From Rhodanobacteraceae bacterium (GTDB taxonomy: Bacteria > Pseudomonadota > Gammaproteobacteria > Xanthomonadales > Rhodanobacteraceae), in the NCBI GenBank assembly GCA_049583635.1, contig JBAUWF010000066.1:603-64602 (forward strand): DNA of 64,000 nucleotides, in the 5' to 3' direction. The first letter of the stretch is position 1, and each line of letters begins with the position of its first letter. This document shows positions 46,801 through 54,926 of this stretch, one piece after another. The position numbers and the translations under genes are program-made. The notes under the pieces were generated by a model. That model did no database searches and was not told the origin of the DNA. It saw nothing but the letters and a program-made list of their open reading frames with translations.

Positions 46801-48345
46801 GAGCCGCGCTCCGCGGCGCGCGCGCAAATTGCCATTCACTGCGTCGCGATGCACATAGGCCGAACGCGGACCGAAGCGTGTCGTGTAACCGTCTGCGAGC
46901 ATGCGCACGACATGCATGAAGGTATCGTGCTCGAGGTGCGCGTAAGGCCACGCGCTGCGCACCATCTCGAACAGCGCCTGCTCGCTCCATTCCCGGCACG
47001 CGATCTCGGCGACGAGGTGCTGCGCCAGCACATCGAGCGGTGCTTTGATGAGCGTCAATGTATCGAGTTCTCCGCGACGCACGCTGTCCAGCAATGCCGC
47101 GCACTCGACGAGATCGTCTCGCGATTGCGGAAACAGGCAACCCCTCGGCGTCGCGCCGACCGCATGCCCCGAGCGTCCGACGCGCTGCAGGAACGCTGCG
47201 ATCGAGTGCGGCGACGCGAGCTGACAAACCAGGTCCACGTCGCCGATGTCGATGCCGAGCTCGAGCGATGCAGTCGCGACCAGCACGCGCAACTCGCCAC
47301 GCTTGAGGCGCTGCTCGGCATCGAGCCGCGCCTCCTTGGCAAGGCTGCCATGATGCGCCGCGACGCGTTCCTTGCCGAGACGCTCACTCAAATGGCGCGC
47401 CGTGCGTTCGGCCATGCGCCGCGTGTTCACGAACACCAGCGTCGTGCGATGGCTTTCGGCAAGTTCGGCAAGCCGCGTATAGACCTGCTGCCACGCATCG
47501 GCCGACATGACTGCTTCGAGCGGTGCCGCAGGTAGTTCGATGTGAAGTTCGCGCCGGCGCCCATAGCCGACATCGACGATCGCGCAGTCGTGCTCATTCT
47601 CCCTTCCGCGGCTTGCACCGGAAGGGTTTGCCGCAGGCTCAATCCCGGGTGCCGGGAACGAAACGGGACCAGCGCCGAAACCGCCCGACGGCGCTCCGAT
47701 CAAAAAACGCGCGACCGTCTCGAGCGGTTTCTGCGTCGCCGACAATCCGATGCGCACGAGTCGTCGTTCGCACAAGGCCTCGAGTCGCGCCAGCGACAGC
47801 GCGAGGTGACTACCGCGTTTGTTCGGAGCGAGTGCATGGATCTCGTCCACGATCACGCTGCGCGTCGTCGCAAGCATGCGTCGACCGGACTCCGAGCCCA
47901 GCAATATGTACAGCGATTCCGGCGTGGTCACAACAATATGCGGCGGGCGCTTGCGCATCAGCGCGCGCTCGGCCTGCGGCGTGTCGCCCGTGCGCACGAT
48001 GGTCCTGATCTCGACATCAGGCAACCCGAGCCGCTCGAGCTCCGCTCGGATACCCGCAAGAGGCGCTTCAAGATTGATGCGGATGTCGTTGGACAGTGCC
48101 TTGAGCGGCGAGACGTAGACAATTGCGGTTTCGTCCGCCAGCGGGCTTTTGATTCCACGCCGCACGAGATCATCGATCGCCGCCAGGAAAGCGGCGAAAG
48201 TCTTGCCCGAACCGGTCGGCGCCGCGATCAGCGCATGCCGGCCCGAGCGGATCGCCGGCCACGCTTCGTCCTGGGCCGGTGTCGGTTCGGCGAAGGTCGC
48301 GCGAAACCACGCGGCGACAGCGGGATGAAAGCAATCAAGAGGCAT
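43867..48345 (-). CDS. lhr: long-form Lhr ATP-dependent DNA helicase (DEAD/DEAH core + winged-helix/DUF1998-type C-terminal extension)
   Basis: 1492 aa from ATG 48345 (the track start 48420 is also possible). [86 protein letters not shown]. Size is comparable to E. coli Lhr. Its stop lies 3 nt from the convergent AKR stop. Confidence 0.9.
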   Translation of the reverse strand: MPLDCFHPAVAAWFRATFAEPTPAQDEAWPAIRSGRHALIAAPTGSGKTFAAFLAAIDDLVRRGIKSPLADETAIVYVSPLKALSNDIRINLEAPLAGIRAELERLGLPDVEIRTIVRTGDTPQAERALMRKRPPHIVVTTPESLYILLGSESGRRMLATTRSVIVDEIHALAPNKRGSHLALSLARLEALCERRLVRIGLSATQKPLETVARFLIGAPSGGFGAGPVSFPAPGIEPAANPSGASRGRENEHDCAIVDVGYGRRRELHIELPAAPLEAVMSADAWQQVYTRLAELAESHRTTLVFVNTRRMAERTARHLSERLGKERVAAHHGSLAKEARLDAEQRLKRGELRVLVATASLELGIDIGDVDLVCQLASPHSIAAFLQRVGRSGHAVGATPRGCLFPQSRDDLVECAALLDSVRRGELDTLTLIKAPLDVLAQHLVAEIACREWSEQALFEMVRSAWPYAHLEHDTFMHVVRMLADGYTTRFGPRSAYVHRDAVNGNLRARRGARLTAITSGGVIPDNADYDVVLEPAAQMIGTVNEDFAVESIAGDIFQLGNMSYRILRVERSRVRVEDAHGAPPTIPFWLGEAPGRSDELSSAVSRLRGEISRRLPVPVHGAQPCGAAQAWLTDEVGLDESAARQIVEYLGAAKAALGVLPTRREIAIERFFDESGGTQLVIHTPLGSRINRAWGLALRKRFCRKFNFELQAAATEDAIVLSLSTSHSFPLEDVARYLNSSSVCEVLIQALLDAPMFGVRWRWNASTALALPRFTGGRKVPAQLQRMKAEDLLATVFPDQVACAENLVGEREIPDHPLVAQTVHDCLHEAMDVDGLVDLLRALECGDARVVARDLTEPSPLAAEVLGARPYAYLDDAPLEERRTQAVSGRRWVDAATAADFGRLDPGAIAAVRDEAWPGATNADELHDALMAVAFLGEDEVHANPVWSDLLDQLAAQRRVTSIDACATPGALRRLWIPAERLPQFCALFPSADGQPPIAAPAEYASQTWTREEALLDILRARLTGLGPATADALARSLGVAIADVDVELLRLESEGYVMRGQFTAAGRALEWCERHLLARIHRYTVGRLRREIEPVEPRDFMRFLFEWQHVAPGSRVSGPDALAGVVAQLEGYEAPAAAWESELLPARIEGYEPSWLDDLCLAGRLVWTRLRGATDDPTRGRSAGPVRATPIVLLLRRHLAQWTALGRRAGATPSTLSSRAQAVVEQLVHGGAAFFDELVATTGLLRTELEDALGELVATGIVNADSFAGLRALLVPAARRAARRRGRRRALFGIADAGRWGLVRRRDDAPAQSGDSQRPRIAHETLELVAWTLLRRYGVVCWRVIAREAAWLPPWRELVRVLQRLEARGEIRGGRFIAGLSGEQFALPDAIGLLRKTRQTSYEGILVSVCGADPLNLVGNVVAGAHVPTLTGSRVLYRDGIPIATLVGSAVTLLEPIDPALEWTARKALLRRTDSAKPTEACAHAASDAV

Positions 48346-48477
48346 GACGGGATTGTGCGCGTCGATGCGCGAAAAGACGACCGATCGATGATTCAGGGAG
48401 ATGGCGTCGCGGACATTCAATCACAAGCGGCGCGCACACGCCGGGCACACGGCCCGATCGCGATAATCACGCTTGTC

Positions 48478-48963
48478 CTATTTCTCGAACAAACCATGCC
48501 GGCGGTGCCATTGTTCCAGCGACTCGTCGGGGAAATGTTCGAAGCGGTGCTCGCGCTTGCCGCGCGGCAGCTCGACCCAGTTCGCCTTCGAGTCGAGCAG
48601 GATATGGAAGCGTTCCGGCGGTTTCGGCAGCGGCGTGTCGATGGCCGATGCATGCGGGTGCACGAGATCGGGCCAGGTCGGATCGTACGCCCACAACGCG
48701 CTGCCGCAGTGCTTGCAGAAATGGCGTCGCGCACTGCTCGACTGCAACTTCCCGTCACGCTTGACTTTGGCGCGATAGACGCCGAGATGTTCGCGCCCGT
48801 CAACTTTCAGCGTTTTCCGGTACGCACCGAGATTGATGGCAAAGCCACCACCGCCAGCGGTCTTGCGGCAGATCGAGCAGTAGCAATACATGAACGGCAC
48901 CGGCGCATAGGCCTCGACCGAGAAGGTGACGCGCCCGCAGTGACAGGATCCTTCGAGTTTCAC
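48478..48963 (-). CDS. GFA/CENP-V family zinc-binding protein (paralog 1)
   Basis: 161 aa from GTG 48963. GSCHCGRVTF, YCYCSICRK, HFCKHCGSALW. Confidence 0.8.
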   Translation of the reverse strand: MKLEGSCHCGRVTFSVEAYAPVPFMYCYCSICRKTAGGGGFAINLGAYRKTLKVDGREHLGVYRAKVKRDGKLQSSSARRHFCKHCGSALWAYDPTWPDLVHPHASAIDTPLPKPPERFHILLDSKANWVELPRGKREHRFEHFPDESLEQWHRRHGLFEK

Positions 48964-48985
48964 GTTCGTGCCTCGTGTCTGTGTG

Positions 48986-49531
48986 CTATGACCCGATCGT
49001 CGGTGAGGTGCTTGTTCGAGCGGAGCGAAGCAGAACGCCGACGAGATAGACGACGTAATAGGCAACCACGGCCGCGAGCAGCGCAAGAGTCAATGGACTG
49101 CGTTGGTAGGCCGCGATTGGGTAGGCACCACCTGCTCGGGCTCCCGCCTGCAGCGTCGGATAGATCACCAGGAAGCGGTAAAGCAGTCGCCCGAGCAGCA
49201 CCAGGCTGATTGCGACGCCGATATAACCGTGCGGCGTATACCAGCGATGCCCGTCGGGGTCGGTCTCGAAGTGCGTCAGGTGCAGACCGGCGACCGCGAG
49301 GAACGCACCTGCGAGCAACCCGATTGCCGCAGCACCCGCCAACCGCGGACTGAGGAACGCGGGCAACAGGACCAGCAGCCCGATCACGGCAAACAGGACG
49401 ATCCGCGTCTTCATGCGGCCGGGTCTGACCGGCTGGCGTCCGAAGTTGCGCCGCACTCGGCGGTAGATCGCGAACAGAATCAGCGGAACGACCAGAATCG
49501 GAGCATGGGCGGTTGGTGTCATCGGAGTCAT
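48986..49531 (-). CDS. integral membrane protein, unknown function
   Basis: 181 aa from ATG 49531. About 5 TM helices (ILVVPLILFAIY, IVLFAVIGLLVLLPAFL, AAAIGLLAGAFLAVAGL ...). The N-terminal part of the track ORF is discarded. Confidence 0.6.
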   Translation of the reverse strand: MTPMTPTAHAPILVVPLILFAIYRRVRRNFGRQPVRPGRMKTRIVLFAVIGLLVLLPAFLSPRLAGAAAIGLLAGAFLAVAGLHLTHFETDPDGHRWYTPHGYIGVAISLVLLGRLLYRFLVIYPTLQAGARAGGAYPIAAYQRSPLTLALLAAVVAYYVVYLVGVLLRSARTSTSPTIGS

Positions 49532-49628
49532 TGCAGCGTGTCTTCCCGCAGCTAACAGCGAACAAATCCAGCGTCTTCCGGGGCGACGTTCGGTGCCTGC
49601 GGCGTTTTGCACCGTCACGGAATTCGGT

Positions 49629-50186
49629 TCATCGATGCGACACCAGGGACGCAACGAAACCCTCGATATAATTCCCGAGCGCGGTATTGACCGTGGCGTC
49701 GATGATATCCCCTTGGGCGTCGAACACCTTGCCCGCGCGTGGAACCAGCAAGCGCCCGCCGGTCCACAGCTCGGCACCGAGCGCGCGCAACACCGGCAGC
49801 CACGCGTTCTGCGCCAGGATGGTGCCGAACCCGCCTTGCGAAGCGCCGATCAACGCCACCGGCTTGCCACCGAACACACGCGCAATATCGGCCGACGGAC
49901 GGCTCAGCCAGTCGATTGCATTCTTGGTAACGCCGGGGATGCTGTTGTTGTATTCGGGTGTGACGATCAGGAGACCATCGGCAGCGGCAATCGAATCCTT
50001 CAGCGCCGACACCGCTGCGGGAATGCCCATTTTCGCTTCATCGTCCGCATCGTAGAGCGGAAACTCGCGAATCGATCCGATGTCCATCCGGCTGCCGGAC
50101 GGCATCATCGATTCGGCCGCACGCAACAGCGCGCCATTGTAGGAGCCCGTGCGCAGGCTGCCGGAAAACCCGACAATCGTGGTCAT
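49629..50186 (-). CDS. NAD(P)H-dependent FMN reductase (YieF/ChrR-like)
   Basis: 185 aa. IVGFSGSLRTGSYNGALL, LLIVTPEYNNSIPGVTKNAIDWLSRP. Confidence 0.9.
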   Translation of the reverse strand: MTTIVGFSGSLRTGSYNGALLRAAESMMPSGSRMDIGSIREFPLYDADDEAKMGIPAAVSALKDSIAAADGLLIVTPEYNNSIPGVTKNAIDWLSRPSADIARVFGGKPVALIGASQGGFGTILAQNAWLPVLRALGAELWTGGRLLVPRAGKVFDAQGDIIDATVNTALGNYIEGFVASLVSHR

Positions 50187-50442
50187 TGCATATACCTCTT
50201 CGCAACAGCGTCAGCGCGACCAGATCAAGGACCAGCCTTTCGGCATCGCTGTCGATGGATCGGTGTAGCCGCTGGAAATCGCTGCGCCAGGAAGGTGCTC
50301 GCCTGGTTGCTCAGATGCGCGCCGGTCAAACGTCGTTGCGATCAGGGACCGCTCGGTCAGCGTGACAAACGAGAAGATGCAGCGGCCGGCGTGCAATCAT
50401 GGATGCGCAGATCGGAGGCAGAACAGACGCCGGGTCCCGGGT

Positions 50443-51270
50443 TCATCCGCATTTCGAATAGCCGCAGGCGAGACAGGTTGCGCAGCCGTCCATCAGGATC
50501 ACCGCACTGGTATGGCACTTGCCACACAAGGTGGCCCCCTGCGGGAAAGTGCCGGCAGACGGGCTGGATGAATCCGCCCGGTTCTCGCCTGCGCCGGATT
50601 CATCGAAGTCGGAATCCGCAGCGGCGTCCGGGTCGACCGGTACGCCAGCCGGTGTGCCGCCCGGCCCGGATTTCCGTGTTGCGGCTTGCTTGCTGGAGAC
50701 TGCCTCGTAGGCTGCACGCTTCTCGGCAATCAGCGCGCGCTGTTCCGGACTCATCTCCGGATCATGCATCAGGCCGATCGACTTGAGGTGGGTCTCGATG
50801 ATAGCGCCAAGTTCGGCAACGATCGACGGCATGTACACGCCACCGGCCTTGAAATAGCCGCCGCGCGGATCGAACACGGCTTTCAGTTCCTCGACCAGGA
50901 ACGTCACATCGCCACCCTTGCGAAATACCGCCGACATGATGCGCGTCAGCGCCACGATCCACTGGAAATGGTCCATGTTCTTGGAGTTGACGAACACCTC
51001 GAACGGTCGGCGCAACTCGTGCTCGGTGCCGGCGTTCAGCACAATGTCGTTGATCGTGACGTAGAGCGCATGCTCGAACAGCGGTGACTTGATCTTGTAG
51101 GTCGCGCCGATCAGCACATCCGGCCGTTCGACCTTCTCATGCATCTGGATAATTTCGGCGATCGGCGATTCGTCGTCCGCGGGCATCACTTCCACGGCAG
51201 GCTGCACGGCCGTTTCATCGGACCGGACGACGCCGTAATTCTTGATGCGGTTGCCTATCTTGATGGTCAT
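50443..51270 (-). CDS. nrdJb: class II ribonucleotide reductase, C-terminal fragment protein (NrdJb-like)
   Basis: 275 aa. GATYKIKSPLFEHALYVTINDIVL, RPFEVFVNSKNMDHFQWIVALTRIMSAVFRKGGDVTFLVEELKAVFDPRGGYF. A disordered linker follows, then the Cys tail CGKCHTSAVILMDGCATCLACGYSKCG. Confidence 0.8.
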   Translation of the reverse strand: MTIKIGNRIKNYGVVRSDETAVQPAVEVMPADDESPIAEIIQMHEKVERPDVLIGATYKIKSPLFEHALYVTINDIVLNAGTEHELRRPFEVFVNSKNMDHFQWIVALTRIMSAVFRKGGDVTFLVEELKAVFDPRGGYFKAGGVYMPSIVAELGAIIETHLKSIGLMHDPEMSPEQRALIAEKRAAYEAVSSKQAATRKSGPGGTPAGVPVDPDAAADSDFDESGAGENRADSSSPSAGTFPQGATLCGKCHTSAVILMDGCATCLACGYSKCG

Positions 51271-51329
51271 ATACCGTGAGTTCGCGAATGAATATGGATC
51301 GGTGGCGAGCGTCGGCCCGCGAACCTCGC

Positions 51330-51360
51330 GATCACGGCCGGCTCATGACCGGCCGTGATC
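51330..51360 (-). other. perfect 12-bp GC-rich stem-loop between the H1-like gene and nrdJb
   Basis: GATCACGGCCGG-ctcatga-CCGGCCGTGATC. It starts about 26 nt downstream of the H1-like stop and ends about 60 nt upstream of the nrdJb start. No U-tract, so it is not a canonical intrinsic terminator. Confidence 0.5.
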
Positions 51361-51385
51361 GTTCGGGACGGTGCCAGGCCGCACG

Positions 51386-52135
51386 CTATCTGCGACGAGA
51401 GCCTTTCTGCGCCGCCCTGCGGGTACCCTTCCTGATCGCGGCCTTGCGCGCGGCTTTTTTGACCACGGGTTTCCTTGCACCCGTCTTCTTCGTTGCCGCC
51501 TTGCGAGTACTCTTTCGGGCCGCTGCCTTGCGCGCGGCTTTTTTCGCCACGGATTTCCTTGCACCCGTCTTCTTCGTCACCGCCTTGCGAGCGCTCTTTC
51601 GGGTCGCTGCCTTGCGCGCCGGCTTCCTTGATGCCACCTTCCTCGCCGCGGTCTTGCGGGCGACCTTGCGAGCAACTTTTCGGGCAGTCTTGCGCGCAAC
51701 TTTTCTGGTCGCCGTTTTACGGGCAGCCTTCGCCCTTGCCTTTTTCGCTGCTGGCCGAGCGCGCTTCGCTTTCCCTGTCGCCGCCTTCTTCGCAACTTTC
51801 TTGCGCGCGGCGGCCGGCTTGGTTGCGGCCTTCTTTACGGCTGCTTTCCTGGCGGCTACCTTCTTCGGCTTCTTCTTCGCGGGCTTTCTGGTGACGGCTT
51901 TCTTGACCGTGGCCACGACGGTCTGTACACGGCGCGCGGCTTGCTTGCGCGCCTTTTTGGCCTTCTTGCCGACTTTCCTGGCAGTCGTACCAACCGCCTG
52001 GCCTGTATCGCTGGCTGCTGTTGTCACCGACGTGCCGATTGCACTGGCCATGTCGGCCACGGCGCCGCCCATTTCTGTCGCACCCTCCTTCATCTCGTCC
52101 AACGACTCGCCGAAACTGCTGCCTTCACTGTGCAT
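51386..52135 (-). CDS. histone H1/AlgP-like Lys/Ala-rich repetitive protein
   Basis: 249 aa from ATG 52135 (RBS GGAGAGGGG). Acidic non-repetitive N-terminus MHSEGSSFGESLDEMKEGATEMGG..., then about 190 aa of (A/K/R)-rich repeats (KKAARKAAARKSTRKAATKKTGARK...). The + strand ORF 51276..52169 is its Phe/Leu/Ala shadow. Confidence 0.75.
   Translation of the reverse strand: MHSEGSSFGESLDEMKEGATEMGGAVADMASAIGTSVTTAASDTGQAVGTTARKVGKKAKKARKQAARRVQTVVATVKKAVTRKPAKKKPKKVAARKAAVKKAATKPAAARKKVAKKAATGKAKRARPAAKKARAKAARKTATRKVARKTARKVARKVARKTAARKVASRKPARKAATRKSARKAVTKKTGARKSVAKKAARKAAARKSTRKAATKKTGARKPVVKKAARKAAIRKGTRRAAQKGSRRR
51441..51692 (-). repeat. three tandem 84-nt (28-codon) repeats inside the H1-like gene
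   Basis: Units begin at 51441, 51525 and 51609 (GCCTTGCGCGCGGCTTTTTT...). The first two are near-identical and the third is diverged. Confidence 0.8.
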
Positions 52136-52204
52136 GTTGGTTCCCCTCTCCGGAATGATGCATGCCTGAAACGGGCCGTGAGCCTGCACTCATTGCCGGT
52201 CCGC

Positions 52205-54352
52205 TCAGAACTTGCCGTAGTAGCCTTCCTTCAGTGCATCGAAGAGATTGGCCGCGGTGTGCGTTTCGCCATCGTATTCGATCTCTTCGTTGCCCTTGAC
52301 CTCCACCACGGAACCGTCTTCGAGCTCGAAGCGATAGGTGGTGTTGGCTAGATCATGCTCCTTGACCAGTACTCCTTGGAAGGCCGTCGGGTTGAAACGG
52401 AAGGTTGTGCAGCCTTTGAGGCCCTGCCGGTATGCGTAACGGTAGATGTCCTTGAAGTCTTCGTAGGGGTAGTCGGTCGGCACATTGGCGGTCTTGGAGA
52501 TCGAGGAATCGACCCAAACCTGTGCCGCGGCCTGGATGTCGACGTGCGCGGTCGGCGAGATGTCGTCGGCGGACACGAAGTAGCCGGGCAGCTTTTCAGC
52601 GGTCTCGTCCGACCCGGGCATCGCCTTGCCGTTGATCAGTTCGCGATAGGCCAGCAGCTCGTAGCTGAACACCTCGACTTTTTCCTTGGTCTTCCTGCCT
52701 TCGCGGATCACATTGCGGCTGTAATGGTGCGCGAAGCTCGGCTCGATGCCGTTCGAGGCATTGTTGGCCAGTGACAACGAAATGGTACCGGTCGGCGCGA
52801 TCGAGGAATGATGGGTGAAGCGCGCGCCAACTTCGCCGAGTTCGGCCACGAGTTCGGGCGCGACCCCGGCGACGCGTTGCATGTAGCGACTGTATTTCGC
52901 ATGCAGCAACCGACCCGGCACGCGATCGCCGACCTCGTAGCCATCGGCAACCATCTCCGGGCGTTTGCGCAGCAGTTCGCCGGTCACCTCGAATTCTTCG
53001 AGCATGATCGGCGCCGGGCCTTTCTCCTTCGCAAGGCCGAGCGCGATTTCCCAGCCGGCCAGAGCCATCTCGCGTGCGACGTCGGTGGTGAACTGGCGGG
53101 AATCCGCCTCGCCATAACGCATCTTGAGCATCGTGATGGTCGAGCCGAGGCCGAGAAAGCCCATGCCATGACGACGCTTGCGCAGAATTTCCGCCCGTTG
53201 CTCGGCGAGCGGCAGCCCGTTGACCTCGACCACGTTGTCGAGCATGCGCGTGAACACGCGCACCACTTCACGGTATTCGTCGAAGTCGAAACGCGCCTTG
53301 GGTCCGAACGGATCGCGCACGAAAGTGGTCAGATTGACCGAACCGAGCAGGCAGGAGCCGTACGGTGGCAATGGTTGCTCACCGCACGGATTGGTCGCGC
53401 GGATGTTCTCGCACCACCAGTTGTTGTTCATCTCGTTGACACGGTCGATCAGGATGAACCCCGGCTCGGCATAGTCATAGGTCGAGACCATGATCATGTC
53501 CCACAGGTGGCGTGCACGCAGGTATCCGTAGATTCTGCACGCGACCAGACCATCCTCGCGCTCGACATACTGCTTGTGCGTCGGCCATTCACGCCACACG
53601 ACCGTGGCCGGATCGCTCAAATCGACCTCGTCCTCTTCCTTGACGTGGATCGGAAACACCAGTGGCCAGTCGGCATCGTCCTCGACCGCCTGCATGAAAC
53701 CGTCGGTGATCAGCAACGACAGATTGAACTGGCGCAAGCGGCCGTCCTCGCGCTTGGCGCGGATGAACTCGCGCACATCCGGATGGGCGACGTCGAACGT
53801 GCCCATCTGGGCGCCGCGGCGGCCGCCGGCCGACGACACCGTGAAACACATCTTGTCGTAGATGTCCATGAATGACAGCGGACCCGAGGTGTACGCGCCC
53901 GCACCCGACACGTAGGCGCCTCGCGGTCGCAGGGTTGAAAATTCGTAGCCGATGCCGCAACCGGCCTTCAAGGTCAGCCCGGCCTCGTGCACGCGATCGA
54001 GGATATTGTCCATCGAATCCTCGATGGTTCCGGACACTGTGCAGTTGATTGTCGAGGTCTTCGGCTTGTGCTGCTGGGCGCCCGCGTTCGATGTGATGCG
54101 CCCGGCCGGGATCGCTCCCCGACGCAGCGCCCACAGAAATCGCTCGTTCCAGTATTTCTGTTTTTCCGGTGTGACCTCGACTTCGGACAACGCGCGGGCG
54201 ACACGCTGGTAGGTATCGTCGATGCTGACATCGACCGGTTCGCCCTGCTTGGTTTTCAAACGGTACTTCTTGTCCCAGATATCGCTCGACGCGGGTTGCA
54301 GCGGAATCTCCACTGCGTCGCGCGTGCGTTGCTCCTGTCGAACCGTGTTCAT
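52205..54352 (-). CDS. nrdJa: adenosylcobalamin-dependent (class II) ribonucleotide reductase, large N-terminal fragment (NrdJa-like)
   Basis: 715 aa from ATG 54352 (RBS GGAGGAA). TSTINCTVSGTIEDSMDNIL, GCGIGYEFSTLRPRGA, NPCGEQPLPPYGSCLLGSVNLT, GFLGLG. It ends before the conserved YKIK...NSKN block, which sits in the 50443..51270 ORF. Confidence 0.9.
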   Translation of the reverse strand: MNTVRQEQRTRDAVEIPLQPASSDIWDKKYRLKTKQGEPVDVSIDDTYQRVARALSEVEVTPEKQKYWNERFLWALRRGAIPAGRITSNAGAQQHKPKTSTINCTVSGTIEDSMDNILDRVHEAGLTLKAGCGIGYEFSTLRPRGAYVSGAGAYTSGPLSFMDIYDKMCFTVSSAGGRRGAQMGTFDVAHPDVREFIRAKREDGRLRQFNLSLLITDGFMQAVEDDADWPLVFPIHVKEEDEVDLSDPATVVWREWPTHKQYVEREDGLVACRIYGYLRARHLWDMIMVSTYDYAEPGFILIDRVNEMNNNWWCENIRATNPCGEQPLPPYGSCLLGSVNLTTFVRDPFGPKARFDFDEYREVVRVFTRMLDNVVEVNGLPLAEQRAEILRKRRHGMGFLGLGSTITMLKMRYGEADSRQFTTDVAREMALAGWEIALGLAKEKGPAPIMLEEFEVTGELLRKRPEMVADGYEVGDRVPGRLLHAKYSRYMQRVAGVAPELVAELGEVGARFTHHSSIAPTGTISLSLANNASNGIEPSFAHHYSRNVIREGRKTKEKVEVFSYELLAYRELINGKAMPGSDETAEKLPGYFVSADDISPTAHVDIQAAAQVWVDSSISKTANVPTDYPYEDFKDIYRYAYRQGLKGCTTFRFNPTAFQGVLVKEHDLANTTYRFELEDGSVVEVKGNEEIEYDGETHTAANLFDALKEGYYGKF

Positions 54353-54565
54353 TGCGGCGTATTCCTCCATTTCCGGTTGCGCGTCAATGTGCAACCCGGC
54401 AACGCAACCGACGCCCCGTCTTGGCGTCTACCAGGACGGTACAAGACAGGAAACCCGGGTTTCGATGTGTGCATGATCCCCACCTACCAATTTCCCCGGC
54501 GGCTGCGCGCCATCTCCGGTACAACCGCTGAACAACCCAACTTATGGCGCGAAGCACACTCGAAG

Positions 54566-54583
54566 ACCACAATATCTTGTGGT
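54566..54583. promoter_or_regulatory. NrdR-box-like palindrome upstream of nrdJa
   Basis: ACCACAATATCTTGTGGT is an AT-rich 7+4+7 palindrome in GC-rich DNA, about 215 nt upstream of the nrdJa start. It fits the acaCwAtATaTwGtgt NrdR consensus as I remember it. No convincing second box at the usual ~31-nt spacing. Confidence 0.45.
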
Positions 54584-54872
54584 TGCGAGGTCTCCAACCC
54601 TACCGCGGGACCGGCCAAGTTGCAATGATCCTGCAACACGCAAACGGACCGCTGCCGCGAGTCGCTCTGTCGCACCGATTGCGCCTGCGCATCGGCGCGC
54701 CTGTCACGCCTTCTTGAAGACCGGGAAAGGCGGCAAGATTCGGTAGTGCCTCTGAGGCACTACCCAAGATTCCGCATTCCGCCGAGTGGTAAATTCCTCC
54801 CAACGCCGCATTCTTCCACATCCAGTGGCACAGGAATCTGATCGCCACCTTTCCCGGCGCCGCGCCGCGTGG

Positions 54873-54899
54873 GAACCCTCAGGCGGCACCGTGGTCATT
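54873..54899 (+). promoter_or_regulatory. possible sigma-E-type promoter for the DegP-family gene
   Basis: GAACCC-N16-TCATT, about 28 nt upstream of ATG 54927. It resembles GGAACTT-N16-TCNAA. Weak, single match. Confidence 0.25.
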
Positions 54900-54926
54900 G
54901 CTGGAAGCGCTCAACTAAGGATCGCA

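Noticed and set aside
43867-48345. Lhr helicase as part of a defence or novel repair system
   Set aside because: The long-form Lhr architecture matches the ordinary chromosomal E. coli-type protein. Neighbours (AKR, GFA, membrane protein) give no nuclease, methylase or MPE partner.
51386-52000. Repeat array that might be mistaken for a CRISPR or minisatellite
   Set aside because: The repeats are contiguous 84-nt coding units without spacers, in frame within a Lys/Ala-rich ORF. No cas genes are present.
51276-52169. 297-aa + strand Phe/Leu/Ala-rich ORF, possibly a membrane protein
   Set aside because: It is the complement of the Lys/Ala-repeat gene. The minus frame has a strong RBS, a non-repetitive N-terminal domain and co-orientation with the flanking nrdJ genes. 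The + frame has no RBS and would oppose an 11-gene co-directional run.
54700-54900. Possible cobalamin riboswitch upstream of nrdJa (minus strand has GGGAAAGGTGGCGATCAGATTCC...GCCACTGG)
   Set aside because: Only fragments resemble the consensus, and there is no convincing B12 box (AGYCMGGAGACCKGCC-like). B12 riboswitches normally repress B12-independent isozymes, not the B12-dependent nrdJ. An Rfam RF00174 scan would settle it.
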